Source of the DNA: an uncultured Hormoscilla sp.
Lineage (GTDB): Bacteria; Cyanobacteriota; Cyanobacteriia; Cyanobacteriales; Desertifilaceae
Direction: 5' to 3'
DNA length: 64,000 nt
Assembly: GCA_963921275.4 (NCBI GenBank)
Contig: OZ001293.3
Coordinates: forward strand, 5,280,001-5,344,000
The notes beneath the pieces were generated by a model. It was not told the DNA's origin, searched no databases, and saw only the letters and a list, made by a program, of their open reading frames with translations. Positions 1 through 10,701 of the stretch are shown here, piece after piece (position 1 is the stretch's first letter; each line of letters starts with the position of its first letter). The position numbers and the translations under genes are program-made.

Positions 1-527
1 GCGTTGAAACGGACAAATCTGGAGTTAATGAACGGTATGATTACGAGTACGAGCGAAATGGAACCTGTAATATGTTTATGTTTTCAGAGCCTCTAGCTGG
101 TTGGCGTCATGTAGAAGTTACGGAGAGAAGAACTAAGAAAGATTACCCTAAACCAATGAAATATTTAGTCGAGCTTAAATGATGATCAAAAAATTACGGT
201 TGTTCAAGACCAACTGAATACTCATGTACCTAATTCTTTATATGAAGCTTTTGAGCCAGCGTCAGCCAAGAGAATTTTAGATAAACTAGATTTTCATTAT
301 ACCCCCAAGCATGGTAGTTGGCTCGGCTGAAATTGAATTGAGTGTTTGAGCTCGTCAATGTCTTGACCGTCGAATTCATGACATTGAGTCTTTAATCCGA
401 GAGATAGAGGCCTGGGAAGAATTACGAAATCAAGAGAGTCGTAAGAGCTCCTGGCAATTTACAACAACTGATGCTCGGATAAAGCTCAAGGGTCTTTACC
501 CATCAATTCAATCTTGACTGACTAGTA
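1..527 (+). mobile_element. IS630-family transposase remnant (3' half, frameshifted) running off the window start
   Basis: Fragments translate as ERYDYEYERNGTCNMF, FHYTPKHGSWL and WQFTTTDARIKLKGLYPSIQS*, which are typical IS630 DDE C-terminal motifs. Several frameshifts. Confidence 0.8.
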
Positions 528-559
528 GTGCGAGTAGCGCTCCCAGGAGACATCGAAGG

Positions 560-697
560 TCGGAGAACTCATGCATTCGTATTCTTGCATTCATTGATTT
601 CTTTAATGATGCCTTAGCCAAACCGTTTCGCTGGACTTATATAGGTAAGCCGTTGCTCATCTAAGTTATCGGAGTCATTTGTGGTGTGGTCTACTAG
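560..697 (+). mobile_element. Second IS630-family 3' fragment
   Basis: Reads RILAFIDFFNDALAKPFRWTYIGKPLLI* (KPFxWTY motif), followed by a short terminal segment ending CTAG. Confidence 0.65.
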
Positions 698-859
698 GGT
701 TTTCACTTTAGGGGGATTTTCCCCCGAGAAGTTCATGCACATTCTGTGTTAAGCATCGCCCCGTGAAAAACGGCTCGACGCTTTGCCAGGGGGAGAGGCC
801 AAAGACCTGACGATACCAATCGGAAACCGCAGCAAACGAGACTGTTTCCAGGGCTATAG

Positions 860-2677
860 AGATCAGCTCAGCCGTCAACTTAGTGGTGAGGAGGGGCAGG
901 GCATCTGCGTAGGAGGAGACGAAACATTAGGAGGCTTGTGCGATTCGTTCTAGCCTAACGTGGTCAAACACGGAACGCTAGCCCGGTTTCATTAGCCGGG
1001 AACTCTGACCGCATGGGGGTTAAATTCCCCTCCCCCCAGGTACGGGGGTGACACCGGTCCTCGGTGCTACGAAGCGACATCATCGTGGTGCTAAGCGAGG
1101 ACTCAAATGTAGGATAACTGGCAGCCTAAGCCGGTGACGCCGCTAGGAAAGATATCCAAGGTTAGAGCAGGCAAACATGTGCAAGCCTCGTTATAAGGAA
1201 CCAGCGAAATAAGGCTATATGCGCTGGCCTAAAAAGGAAATGGTAGCTAGTATTAGTTTTAGACTCTGGCTAATATAGTACTCAAATAGCTCCCGGGGTA
1301 TAGTGTGGACCTAAAGGTATCGCGAAATGTTGTTAGGGAACGAAGTAACCTCTCGTGTGCTGTCCATCAGGACAAGTTAGATGTTAAGCGCAAGCCACGG
1401 GGGGAGGGATGGCCCAAGAAGCGAATGCCCGGGGTAATTCCTGGGATAACATCTACAGTAATGTAGATGATGCTGGGTAGCCAGCGCTGACGTGGGTCGG
1501 TGATACTAGGAAGCTGCTGGAATGAGTAATCCTAAAAAGCCACGGAACTAATCCGAAACGCAAGTGGAGGATAAGGTATGGATAACTGGTAAAACTGACT
1601 TGAAAATGGTGATACTAACGGTTATCAGAACAACCACTCGCTAAACCAGGAAAGGGAAGAAAAGACAGGCGGCAAGGGCTAACGGAAGTAATTCCTATTA
1701 AGTCTACCTATGAAAAGGGCCTAGTACCCAGTAGCCGGATGCGGTGAAAATCGCAAGTCCGGTTCCTCAAGGGAGGGTCGGGAAGCGATTCCCGGCTCGA
1801 CCCCATCCACCCATTTTGGTGATGGTGGAATTGAGAGCGTGGCTACATTTTCACGCCTTGTCGAAAGTGACAATCGTACCTACGAAACGTGGCAACAGCA
1901 AATTCAATCGTGGTGGACGAACGGCGGGATGGCACTGTCACTTCATGGTCAGTGATGGAGCTTTCATCACTGATTAAACTGGCCCTAGAAGGCTTGAGCT
2001 GTACTGAGTTCTTCCCTCTCACAGCTGCGTTCCCTGGCGATGCGCTACGGCATCAACAAAGCCCAAACCGCCATTGATACCTTTGAACGACACATTCCTT
2101 CCTTTGCTGAAGGAATTCATGCTCTTGTGCGCTGGGTCAGCGAAGCGTTCCATGCCAAAACTGACGATTTAGAGTTGCAGCAGTGGGTGGTGGAACTTTT
2201 GTTGCCCTGGGCCTATTGGCATCAACAAGCAGACAAAACTAGACAAAAATGACTCAAACTTGTCTATCAGGTGGCTGCGGAGCAAGCCAAGGAGCGCTTG
2301 CTTGCTCACCCTCTCACTCAACAATTAGAGGCGGCGAAGCATCAACAGTGGGTAGAGTGGGCAAACTGGATCGCTCTTAAATATCAACGCACCACCTCAG
2401 CCGTGGAAGGGCGCAATGGCTATTTGTCTGGTATCCATCATAGCTCTCGCGGTTTCTCTGTTCAAACCTTAGCCCTGCTTACCCTCATCCACAATTTTGA
2501 CATCAGACGAGCGGATGGTAGCACGCCTGCACAAGGAATATTTGGGCATTCTTTTCCAAATCTCTCAGAGTGGGTGGTAGACCATATGGGTGAACTCCCC
2601 CGACCACGACAGTCATCTTTAGCACAACCGCTGAATCCCTTACCCAGACTGACTGTCCCGGCTTAAGTTGGTAGCCC
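860..2677 (+). pseudogene. Degraded DUF6399-type IS transposase interrupted by group II intron 1
   Basis: ICVGGDET..GL|PILVMVEL reads across the intron junction. Downstream fragments are VSDGA.SLIKLA and YQRTTSAVEGRNGYLS..HH...RRADGSTPAQ.IFG. The segment ends TTAAGTTGGTAGCCC and has many stops and frameshifts. Confidence 0.7.
938..1808 (+). ncRNA. ORF-less group II intron 1 (IIB/chloroplast-like type)
   Basis: Starts GTGCG. Domain V is AGCCGGATGCGGTGAAAATCGCAAGTCCGGTT at about 1733-1764, followed by a domain VI hairpin with a bulged A. Collinear with introns 2 and 3, with no RT ORF. The 3' end is inferred from restoring the exon frame (could be 1806). Confidence 0.88.
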
Positions 2678-2679
2678 GT

Positions 2680-4330
2680 ACCGCCGCAGAGGTTGCCCTG
2701 GCAGAGATAGGATCACTTCTAACCTATCTGGTAATGTGCGATTCGTTCAGGCGTAAACTGGCGACGGTGAAGTCTGGTCTGGTTTCATTTGCCGGATAAC
2801 TCTGGTTATCATGGGGGTTAAATTCCCTCTCCCCAGGTGTGGGGGGTCGAGGGTACTACCGGTCCTTAGTGCTGCGGAGTCACATCGCCGTGGTGCTCCG
2901 CTAGGACTTAAATGTAGGATAGCTGGCAGCCTAAGCCAGTGACGCCACTAGTAAAGATGCTCATGGCTAGAACAAGCGAACCTGTGTAAGCCTCGTTAAT
3001 AGGAACCAGCGGAATAAGGCTTATACGCTGGCCCAAAAGGGAAATGGTAGCTAGTGTTGGTCGTATTGTCTGGCCAACATCGCACTCGAATAGCTCCCGG
3101 GGTATAGCAGGGGCCTAAAAGCATCGAGAAATGATACCAGGGAACGAAGTAACCTCTTGTGTGCAGTTCGGCTCAACGGGGCCGAACCAGTTAGATGTAC
3201 GTCCGCGTAGCGTGCGCGCAGCGCATAGCGCAAGCCACGAGGGGAGAGATAGCCCGAGAAGCTAATGCCTAGGGTAATTCCTATGGATAAGTTGAGGACT
3301 GCCTCAACATGCAGACGCGGGTTGGTGAAAGTAGGAAATCTTGGGAAAAAGTATCTCTAAGAAGCCCCGAAACCTCTAGAAGGTGGGATGACTGGTAAAA
3401 CAGAGAAAAGAAAAATGGTAATACTTAAGGTTATCTGGCAGCGCCACTTACCAACCAGGAAAGGGGAGAAATCTCGTGAGATGAGGGACAATGGGAGTAA
3501 TCCTTAATAATCCTAGCAATGACAATGCCCTGCTTCCCAGTAGCCGGATGCGGTAAAGAGAGTCCGGTTCCGAATGGGAGGGTTGGGGGGTGACAATAGG
3601 CTCGACCCCGACTATTATCGGATAGATTACCGCTGCCTTGGGGTCTATCTCATCTATTTGCTGCGTGTAATTGCTTGTTTATGTCGGCTGACGCTGCTTT
3701 TGGATAGACCGGTTGCCGATGATATTGCTCTGATAGTTTTGACACCCTCTTTCTGGAGACATTTGGCGACTTTTTGGCACCGTTCACGCAAGCGTAAGAC
3801 TCATCGTTCCCGAGAAGAAGATTTACAAGGGATACGATACCAATCCCTGTGACCTGTCGCAGGGATTGGTTCAAAAGTGCTTTTTATACACGTCTTCCCC
3901 GCTTTACGTTGGTAGCCTTAACGCCACAAAGGTGAAAACCAATATTGGCATCCTTCAAGACCCTAGCTATGATGAACCTACCGCTCATAGCGATGGATTG
4001 CCCCTGAATACAAAACTCTCGATTATGGAATGCGTTGGCGGATTGAAGCCATGTTTTCTGATGAGAAAATCCCGAGGTTTTGGTATTACTCCAGACCCAA
4101 AAAGAACATGCAGATCCTATTGAACGTTTGATGCAAGGTTATGGCTCTAGCTATGTATTGGTCAACATCTGCCAGTATGAGTGATGAGACGCCTTTGCCC
4201 AAGGGGAGCATCATACGCTTCCGTCAAGGGTGTTCCTTGTTTACCACTGGACTTAGTTTTATTATTCGAGGGATTCATGGACTACCGGTCCCCCCTCTAT
4301 GGGCTCGCTCTCTAACTGAGGGGTGGTAAG
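2680..4330 (+). pseudogene. Degraded IS4-family transposase interrupted by group II intron 2
   Basis: LVI|LSDRLPLPW reads across the junction. Downstream fragments are IAMD...LDYGMRWRIEAMFSD.KSRGFGI...ERLM..MALAMYW (IS4 YREK-type region). The segment ends AACTGAGGGGTGGTAAG. Confidence 0.65.
2736..3613 (+). ncRNA. ORF-less group II intron 2
   Basis: Starts GTGCG with the same domain I blocks as intron 1. Domain V-like AGCCGGATGCGGTAAAGAGAGTCCGGTT at about 3542-3569 is shorter than in introns 1 and 3. Domain VI ends CGACCCCGAC(T). Carries a 26-nt mini-repeat at 3200-3225. Confidence 0.85.
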
Positions 4331-4349
4331 CTGCGGCCCAACACAAATC

Positions 4350-4377
4350 TTGACAATTCTCAGGTGAGTGGTATAAC
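4350..4377 (+). promoter_or_regulatory. Candidate sigma70-type promoter for petN
   Basis: TTGACA-N16-TATAAC lies about 100 bp upstream of the petN ATG. Confidence 0.4.
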
Positions 4378-4474
4378 TACCCTGCCATCTGCCGAGGAAG
4401 TCAAACCGCTCGATCGGAGTGCTGCCCAGCTTGTACAATACGATCGTCTTTGGAGCTACCATCACAGGATAATT

Positions 4475-4564
4475 ATGGACATTCTTTCCTTAGGTTGGGT
4501 TTCGCTGCTAGTTTGCTTCACCTTCTCGATCTCATTGGTCGTGTGGGGTCGCAACGGCTTCTAA
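4475..4564 (+). CDS. petN: Cytochrome b6f complex subunit VIII
   Basis: [29 protein letters not shown] is the canonical 29-aa PetN. Confidence 0.97.
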   Translation: MDILSLGWVSLLVCFTFSISLVVWGRNGF

Positions 4565-4586
4565 TTGACGCGCTATCAAGTCCGCA

Positions 4587-4727
4587 ATGGAATCTACTGT
4601 TGTTTTTAACGTCCTCGTTTTGCTTGGCTTTGGGCTGCTGGTGATTGTCACTGGCGGCATTATCTATCTTACCCTGGCAGATTGGCGTGATCGCCGACGC
4701 CGGGAACGGGATAAGCGCCAAGGCTAA
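4587..4727 (+). CDS. 46-aa single-helix membrane microprotein downstream of petN
   Basis: MESTVVFNVLVLLGFGLLVIVTGGIIYLTLADWRDRRRRERDKRQG: hydrophobic helix plus basic tail, 22 nt after petN. Shorter than any ORF in the supplied track. Confidence 0.7.
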   Translation: MESTVVFNVLVLLGFGLLVIVTGGIIYLTLADWRDRRRRERDKRQG

Positions 4728-4731
4728 AAGC

Positions 4732-4943
4732 CGTAGGGTGGGCACCGCCCACCTGACGCGCCTGTACCCAGGGATTTTAGTCGTAGGGTGGAATGGCACT
4801 GACTTAAGCATCATTTGAGTAACTGTGCTTTCAACTCTTGACGCCGTTGCCTCGCTTGGGGCGCAGCCACTCCTTCGTCGTCAGTGCCATTCGTCGTAGG
4901 GTGGGCACCGCCCACCTGACGCGCCTGTACCCAGGGATTTTAG
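4732..4943. repeat. Two copies of a REP-like unit GTAGGGTGGGCACCGCCCACCTGACGCGCCTGTACCCAGGGATTTTAG, with a MITE in the second
   Basis: Direct repeat visible. Related GTAGGGTGGGCA..GCCCACC palindromes occur at about 30051 and 37437. Confidence 0.8.
4791..4892. mobile_element. 102-bp MITE, IS4-like ends
   Basis: 13-bp terminal inverted repeat GAATGGCACTGAC. 11-bp direct repeat GTCGTAGGGTG at 4780-4790 and 4893-4903. Confidence 0.8.
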
Positions 4944-5092
4944 GTAACAAGTATGACTACAGGCGCGATTTCCTTATGGGAGTATGAAGAAAGATTCTGG
5001 TGTACCGATCGCCGATCGCCAGCATTAATGTCTCTTGACAACTGACCGCTAGCAACTGACCACTAACAACTAACAACAGCCGCTCTGCCTCT

Positions 5093-8000
5093 ATGGTGCA
5101 TATCAAGCGCCTGGAACTCACCAATTTCAAGTCCTTCGGCGGCACAAAGGGAATTCCTTTGCTGCCTGGGTTTACCGTGGTTTCTGGACCAAACGGTTCG
5201 GGCAAATCGAATATCCTGGATGCGCTGCTGTTTTGTCTAGGCTTGTCCAGTTCTAAGGGCATGCGGGCAGAACGCCTACCGGATTTGATCAATCATAACC
5301 AAAAGGACCGCAAAATCAAAGAAGCCAGCGTCACCGTCACCTTTGACTTGGGGTCCGATATCGATGGAGGCGAGTCCCAGGACTGGACTGTCAGCCGCAG
5401 AATCAGAGTCACCCGTAAGGGCTACACATCCACATACTACATCAATGGTGAAACTGCCACCCTCACGGAACTGCATGCAGAACTCAACCGCCTGCGGATT
5501 TATCCAGAAGGCTATAATGTGGTGCTGCAAGGGGATGTCACCAGCATTATTTCCATGAACTCCAGGGCCAGGCGGGAGATCATTGATGAATTAGCTGGCA
5601 TAGCCGAGTTTGACCGCAAAATTGACCAGGCGAAAGAAAAGTTAGATGCTGTCAAGGAGCGCGAACAAAGTTCTCGGATTATAGAAAAGGAACTGATTGG
5701 CCAGCGCGATCGCCTGGCCGCAAACCGGGCCAAAGCCGAACAATACCAGCAGCTGCGCGCTCGACTACAGCAACAGCAACAGTGGGAGGTGCTGCTCAAA
5801 TGGCGATCGCTCAAGCAGCAAGTCTGGCAGCTGCGAGAACAGATATCCGCAGGCGATCGCTCCCAGGCCCAGCTGAAAGACCAGGAAAATAGTATATCAA
5901 ATCAAATAAGTCAAGTGACTGCTGAACTGGACAGCCTCAACGCTAGGGTAAAAGCTTTGGGAGAAGAGGATATGCTGGCTTTACAATCAACTCTAGCAAC
6001 CCAGCAAGCCGAACAGCGGCAACTGGAACAGCGGCAGGGGGAACTAGGATCCAGGGAGAAAAATATTAAAGCAACGATAGCTAGCAGCGAGCAAGAAATT
6101 CAGACCGCCAGACAATCTATAGAGGCTTTAGGATCGCAATACCAGCAAGAGACCCAGCACCGCCAGTCAAGAGAACGGGAAGTTACCAGGGCCCAAGCAG
6201 AATTGGAGCAATGCCGGGAAGCCACAAGTGCGATCGCCACCGCAGCTCAAGAATGGGTACAGAAACAAGGAGACCTGAACCGGCAAATAGAGACCATACT
6301 GCAAACCCTAGACCCCCAACGTGCCGAACTGGCCCAGTTAGGAGAACGCCAGCACCAGCTCGCTCGGGTCATACAGGAGCAACAACAGCTGATCGAGACC
6401 CTAGAGCCAGAAATGGCTAGCAAACAGGTGCTCTTAGGAGAATTGCAAGGAAAAATAACTAGCTCTACTCGAGAAATCCAAGCGATCGGTCAATCCCTAG
6501 GGACGGTAGAATCAGAACTGCAAACCCAGCTGGAGACGCAAAAACGGCTGCTAGGAGAGCAACGAGACAAGCAGCGGCAACTGGATAAGCTAGAAGCCCA
6601 AGCCCAAGCCCAGCAAGAAGTCCAGGGCACCTATGCTAGCAAACTGATCTTGAAAAGAAGAATAGCAGGAGTTTGCGGATTAGTGGCCCAGCTGGGAATC
6701 GTAGAACCGCGCTATCAGTTAGCATTAGAAATAGCCGCAGGGGGGCGGATGGGGAATTTAGTCGTCGAAGATGATGGCCTTGCAGCAGCCTCGATCGCAC
6801 TGCTCAAACAAGAACGTGCTGGTCGAGCCACTTTCTTACCGTTAAGTAAAATTAGACCTCCGAAATTTTCTTTCCCTATGCAGATGCGCTGGGCAAAAGG
6901 ATTTATTGACTTCGCTATTAATTTGATAGAATGCGACCCCCGCTATCGGGATATATTTGCTTATGTCTTCGGGAATACTGCAGTCTTTTCTGACTTAGAA
7001 ACGGCCTGCTGCCAGCTGGGGAAATGCCGCATTGTCACCTTGTCCGGTGAACTGCTGGAAGCTTCTGGGGCTATGACTGGTGGCAGCGGCAACCAAGGTT
7101 CCGGGCTGCATTTTGGCTCCCAAGAAGCCACAGAGTTGGCAGAAGTCCTGGCTCTCAGAGAACGTTTGCAGGCGATCGCCCTAATCTTGGCTCGTTGTGA
7201 AGAGGAAATACAGGGCCTGGAAGTGGCCAAAGCACAGCAGTCCGTGCAGTTGATGGAAGCAAAGGCTAATCAGAGGGAAAACCAGCTACGCTTAGAACAG
7301 CTGCAAAAAGAGATTAAAACAATATCTGAGCAAAAAGAGCAGGCTAACCGGCAATTGACCAAGCATCAGCAGGAAGCAACCGCCACTAGCGAACGCTTGC
7401 AGGTGCTGCACAAGGAGTTACCAGCCCTGGAGGAGCAACTGGTGCAACATCGGCAAGCCCTAGCAGAACTGGAGAAAGATGAAACGACAAGCGAATGGCA
7501 GCAGCTTCAGGCAAACATAAGGTCCAAAGAAGCCCAGCTGTCAGAACGCCAAAAGGCCCTGCGAGAATCAGAACAGCGGTTGCAGGATCTGGAAAATCGG
7601 CGCGAGCGCACTCAGGCAAAAATCCAGGAATTAGAACAACGTATAGTTGAATTGTCTCAAGAGCAATCACTCCTCGGCGTCGATCTCTGTGAAGTCAGCG
7701 CTCAGCAATCAGCACTCAGCAGTCAGATAGGGGAAACACAAACGCAACTGTCAGAGATTTCCGAGAGATTAGCAGTAGTCAAACAGGAACGCAATCGGGT
7801 AGAAGAAAAACTGCGGGAATTACATCTGCAGCAACAACAGCTACAATTCCAGCTCGGCAAGCTAGCAGAAGCTCAGCAAACCCGTCGCCAGGAACTAGAA
7901 ACCCTGGTTCGCCAGCTGGAAACCACTCAGACAGAACTGCCCGACCCATTACCGGAGGTACCAGAATATCTGAGCATCTCACAGCTGCAAAAAGAACTGC

Positions 8001-8629
8001 GCAGCCTGCAAAAGCGCCTGCAAGCACTCGAACCAGTCAACATGCTAGCAATCGAAGAATACGATCACACTCAAGGGCGGCTAGAGGAACTTACAGAGAA
8101 ACTAACTATACTAGAGAAAGAGCGGACAGAACTGCTACTGCGGATAGAGAACTTCACCACCCTGCGGCGGAAAGCCTTCAAAGGGGCCTTCGACGCCGTT
8201 AACGAAAACTTCCAGACCATATTTGCCGAACTGTCCGACGGCGACGGCTACTTGCAGCTAGAGGCTCCTCAAGACCCCACTAGCGGCGGTCTCAACCTGG
8301 TAGCCCATCCCAAAGGGAAGCCAGTGCAGCGGTTAGCCTCTATGTCCGGCGGCGAAAAATCCTTGACAGCACTGAGTTTTATCTTTGCCCTGCAACGGTA
8401 TCGCCCCTCGCCCTTCTACGCCTTTGACGAAGTGGATATGTTTCTGGATGGAGCAAACGTAGAGAAATTAGCTAAAATGATTAAACGGCAAGCTATGCAA
8501 GCACAGTTCATAGTAGTGAGTCTGCGACGCCCCATGATTGAATCCTCAGAGCGTACCATTGGCGTTACTCAAGCCCGGGGAGCCTATACCCAAGTGCTGG
8601 GCATCAAAATACCGCCCCAACAGACATAG
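5093..8629 (+). CDS. smc: Chromosome segregation protein SMC
   Basis: N-terminal NFKSF and GPNGSGKSN Walker A, long coiled coils, hinge (GRATFLPL, G..TGG), and C-terminal MSGGEKS and FDEVD. Confidence 0.97.
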   Translation: MVHIKRLELTNFKSFGGTKGIPLLPGFTVVSGPNGSGKSNILDALLFCLGLSSSKGMRAERLPDLINHNQKDRKIKEASVTVTFDLGSDIDGGESQDWTVSRRIRVTRKGYTSTYYINGETATLTELHAELNRLRIYPEGYNVVLQGDVTSIISMNSRARREIIDELAGIAEFDRKIDQAKEKLDAVKEREQSSRIIEKELIGQRDRLAANRAKAEQYQQLRARLQQQQQWEVLLKWRSLKQQVWQLREQISAGDRSQAQLKDQENSISNQISQVTAELDSLNARVKALGEEDMLALQSTLATQQAEQRQLEQRQGELGSREKNIKATIASSEQEIQTARQSIEALGSQYQQETQHRQSREREVTRAQAELEQCREATSAIATAAQEWVQKQGDLNRQIETILQTLDPQRAELAQLGERQHQLARVIQEQQQLIETLEPEMASKQVLLGELQGKITSSTREIQAIGQSLGTVESELQTQLETQKRLLGEQRDKQRQLDKLEAQAQAQQEVQGTYASKLILKRRIAGVCGLVAQLGIVEPRYQLALEIAAGGRMGNLVVEDDGLAAASIALLKQERAGRATFLPLSKIRPPKFSFPMQMRWAKGFIDFAINLIECDPRYRDIFAYVFGNTAVFSDLETACCQLGKCRIVTLSGELLEASGAMTGGSGNQGSGLHFGSQEATELAEVLALRERLQAIALILARCEEEIQGLEVAKAQQSVQLMEAKANQRENQLRLEQLQKEIKTISEQKEQANRQLTKHQQEATATSERLQVLHKELPALEEQLVQHRQALAELEKDETTSEWQQLQANIRSKEAQLSERQKALRESEQRLQDLENRRERTQAKIQELEQRIVELSQEQSLLGVDLCEVSAQQSALSSQIGETQTQLSEISERLAVVKQERNRVEEKLRELHLQQQQLQFQLGKLAEAQQTRRQELETLVRQLETTQTELPDPLPEVPEYLSISQLQKELRSLQKRLQALEPVNMLAIEEYDHTQGRLEELTEKLTILEKERTELLLRIENFTTLRRKAFKGAFDAVNENFQTIFAELSDGDGYLQLEAPQDPTSGGLNLVAHPKGKPVQRLASMSGGEKSLTALSFIFALQRYRPSPFYAFDEVDMFLDGANVEKLAKMIKRQAMQAQFIVVSLRRPMIESSERTIGVTQARGAYTQVLGIKIPPQQT

Positions 8630-8819
8630 CTTCCGAGGCGTTGCACAATCACGGGATGATGGGCATAGTTGCAGCACTTTTAAACTTAGAGTACAAGCTA
8701 TTTTCTGTTATGTGCAAAAAAGGGAATCATCCCCAAAATGTGCAACGCCGCTTCCGATTAGCTAATAGTATTATTAGTACATACAATTTGATCAGATCAA
8801 CAGAACTCTGCCCATTATA

Positions 8820-9848
8820 ATGATGCCCGAACAAATCATCCAACGCTCAGAATTTCTGGGAACCCAAGTGATCACCCGCGATACTGGCAAGCGCCTAGGG
8901 GTGGTGAGTCAACTGTGGGTAGATATCGATCGGCAAGAGGTCGTAGCAGTTAGTCTAAGAGAGAACCTGATCGCAGGACTGCTCTCCTCGATACCACGGT
9001 ATATGTACCTGAGCAGCATTCGTCAGATTGGCGACGTGATCCTAGTTGACGATGACAACGTCATCGAGGATATTGATGTAGAAGCATACAGCAGCCTGAT
9101 TAACAGCGAAGTGATCACAGAAGCAGGCGAGATGCTAGGTAGGGTAAGAGGCTTCAAATTCTCCGACAATGACTATAAGGTTTGCGCTTTGATCATTGCC
9201 TCCTTAGGGATACCCCAGATTCCCGATCGGGTTGTGAGTACCTACGAATTGCCGATCGACCAAATCGTCAGCAGTGGCCCAAACCGCCTGATAGTATTTG
9301 AAGGTGCTGAAGAACAGTTAATTCAGCTGAGTGTAGGATGGCTAGAACGCCTAGGAATTGGTGAAGCGCCCTGGGAACGAGAAGGAGAAGAAGCCTACAT
9401 GCTCCCCACAATCCAGACAGACAAACAGCTGGGTCCGGGAACCCCCGTCAGAACTGCCAAACCAATCCGCCAAACTGCACCAGTAGTTGAAGAGACCTGG
9501 AATGAGGATAATTGGCAAGAACCGGAAGCTGAACCGATACGCAAGTTGCAGCCAGAACCGGTTTACGAGGAATTAGAACAAGATAACTGGGGCGAGACAA
9601 CCTCTGCGGTGTATCCTAGTGCTGTGTCTCCCGAGAGCGCTAGTCGCACAAAAGGGGAGACACCGAGCGAACAATACGGCAAGAAAGCCTATGCCGAACT
9701 AGAGTCTTACGATTACTATGAAGATGATTACGACGACATGTCCAAAGATGCCTGGGCTGATGATGAGCCGGAAGCCTACAAACCCCCGCGCGTAAACATT
9801 CCCGAAAAGACTAAGAAACCAGAGTACGAAGGAGAGATGGATTATTAG
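8820..9848 (+). CDS. Tandem PRC-barrel domain protein with acidic tail
   Basis: Two PRC-like repeats (LGTQVITRDTGKRLGVV; LINSEVITEAGEMLGRV). Usual cyanobacterial neighbour of smc. Confidence 0.85.
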   Translation: MMPEQIIQRSEFLGTQVITRDTGKRLGVVSQLWVDIDRQEVVAVSLRENLIAGLLSSIPRYMYLSSIRQIGDVILVDDDNVIEDIDVEAYSSLINSEVITEAGEMLGRVRGFKFSDNDYKVCALIIASLGIPQIPDRVVSTYELPIDQIVSSGPNRLIVFEGAEEQLIQLSVGWLERLGIGEAPWEREGEEAYMLPTIQTDKQLGPGTPVRTAKPIRQTAPVVEETWNEDNWQEPEAEPIRKLQPEPVYEELEQDNWGETTSAVYPSAVSPESASRTKGETPSEQYGKKAYAELESYDYYEDDYDDMSKDAWADDEPEAYKPPRVNIPEKTKKPEYEGEMDY

Positions 9849-9897
9849 TAATGGGTAGAAAGTCTTGCCGGAAAGACAAATCAGCTAGACTTAAAGT

Positions 9898-10701
9898 ATG
9901 TCTATTCAAACATTTCCCCTGGCAACAGTCAAAAAAATCAGACAGTATATCAAAAATATGCTGGTGGTGCCGGACTCAGAAAACCATCCCAAAGGGTGGG
10001 TTTCCTTTGAGGAAGTAGACGATCTACCTGAACCAGAGTCTCTGGAGCAACTGGGGGATTTGTTTAAGTTTTCCAGTCCCCTAGACGCCCAAATGCCAGC
10101 ACCTAACACAGCCGGGAGTTGGTTTATCAGTACCGTTAACCCTGGATCGGTGTTTGGCAAGTTGCCAGGGTTGAAACTGAAATCGGGGTGGCGGTTAGTA
10201 AGCTATCTTTATCGTCAGCAGGATAATGGTGTGGGCATTACCTGGGCAGTACCAGAGGCGATGAGTACAACAGCAGAGTTGGAAAATGCTCTGGCAGATA
10301 GTAGCGATGATTTAAATCCGCCTCACCCAGCTGCGGCATTGCCAGATTTTATGGAAGCTTTAGAGGGCGATCGATCGCCTAGGTCTTTTCTAATCGCCTC
10401 TCTGCTGCGCCGAGAACTAGAGGAATTTGGACGCTTGGGCAAGAATTGCCGATGGAGCAATCACCGGCTGATTAACGAAATTCCCGCCCAAGTGAAATGG
10501 CAGTGGAAAACCTCCTCAGCCCCCAAAGACCTCTCTACCAAAGTACAGGTTTTGCCCGATGGCAAAGTCGCCGTGGAGTTTTTTACCTTACAAGTTACCC
10601 AACCTGTAGTTATCTGCTGTCATATGGAGCGGTACCCAGCCTCTGGATACAATGCCAAATATGTCGATCAGCCCGTAGCGATTCCAGTCCGTAAAACTTA
10701 G
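9898..10701 (+). CDS. Hypothetical protein
   Basis: 267-aa intact ORF, co-directional, no motif recognised. Confidence 0.75.
   Translation: MSIQTFPLATVKKIRQYIKNMLVVPDSENHPKGWVSFEEVDDLPEPESLEQLGDLFKFSSPLDAQMPAPNTAGSWFISTVNPGSVFGKLPGLKLKSGWRLVSYLYRQQDNGVGITWAVPEAMSTTAELENALADSSDDLNPPHPAAALPDFMEALEGDRSPRSFLIASLLRRELEEFGRLGKNCRWSNHRLINEIPAQVKWQWKTSSAPKDLSTKVQVLPDGKVAVEFFTLQVTQPVVICCHMERYPASGYNAKYVDQPVAIPVRKT

Noticed and set aside
4364..4474. N-terminally extended PetN (66 aa)
   Set aside because: Canonical PetN begins at ATG 4475. The extension overlaps the probable promoter.
5036..5080. Heptamer repeats (CAACTGA/CCACTAA type; also 52670-52702)
   Set aside because: Ordinary cyanobacterial STRR-type short tandem repeats.
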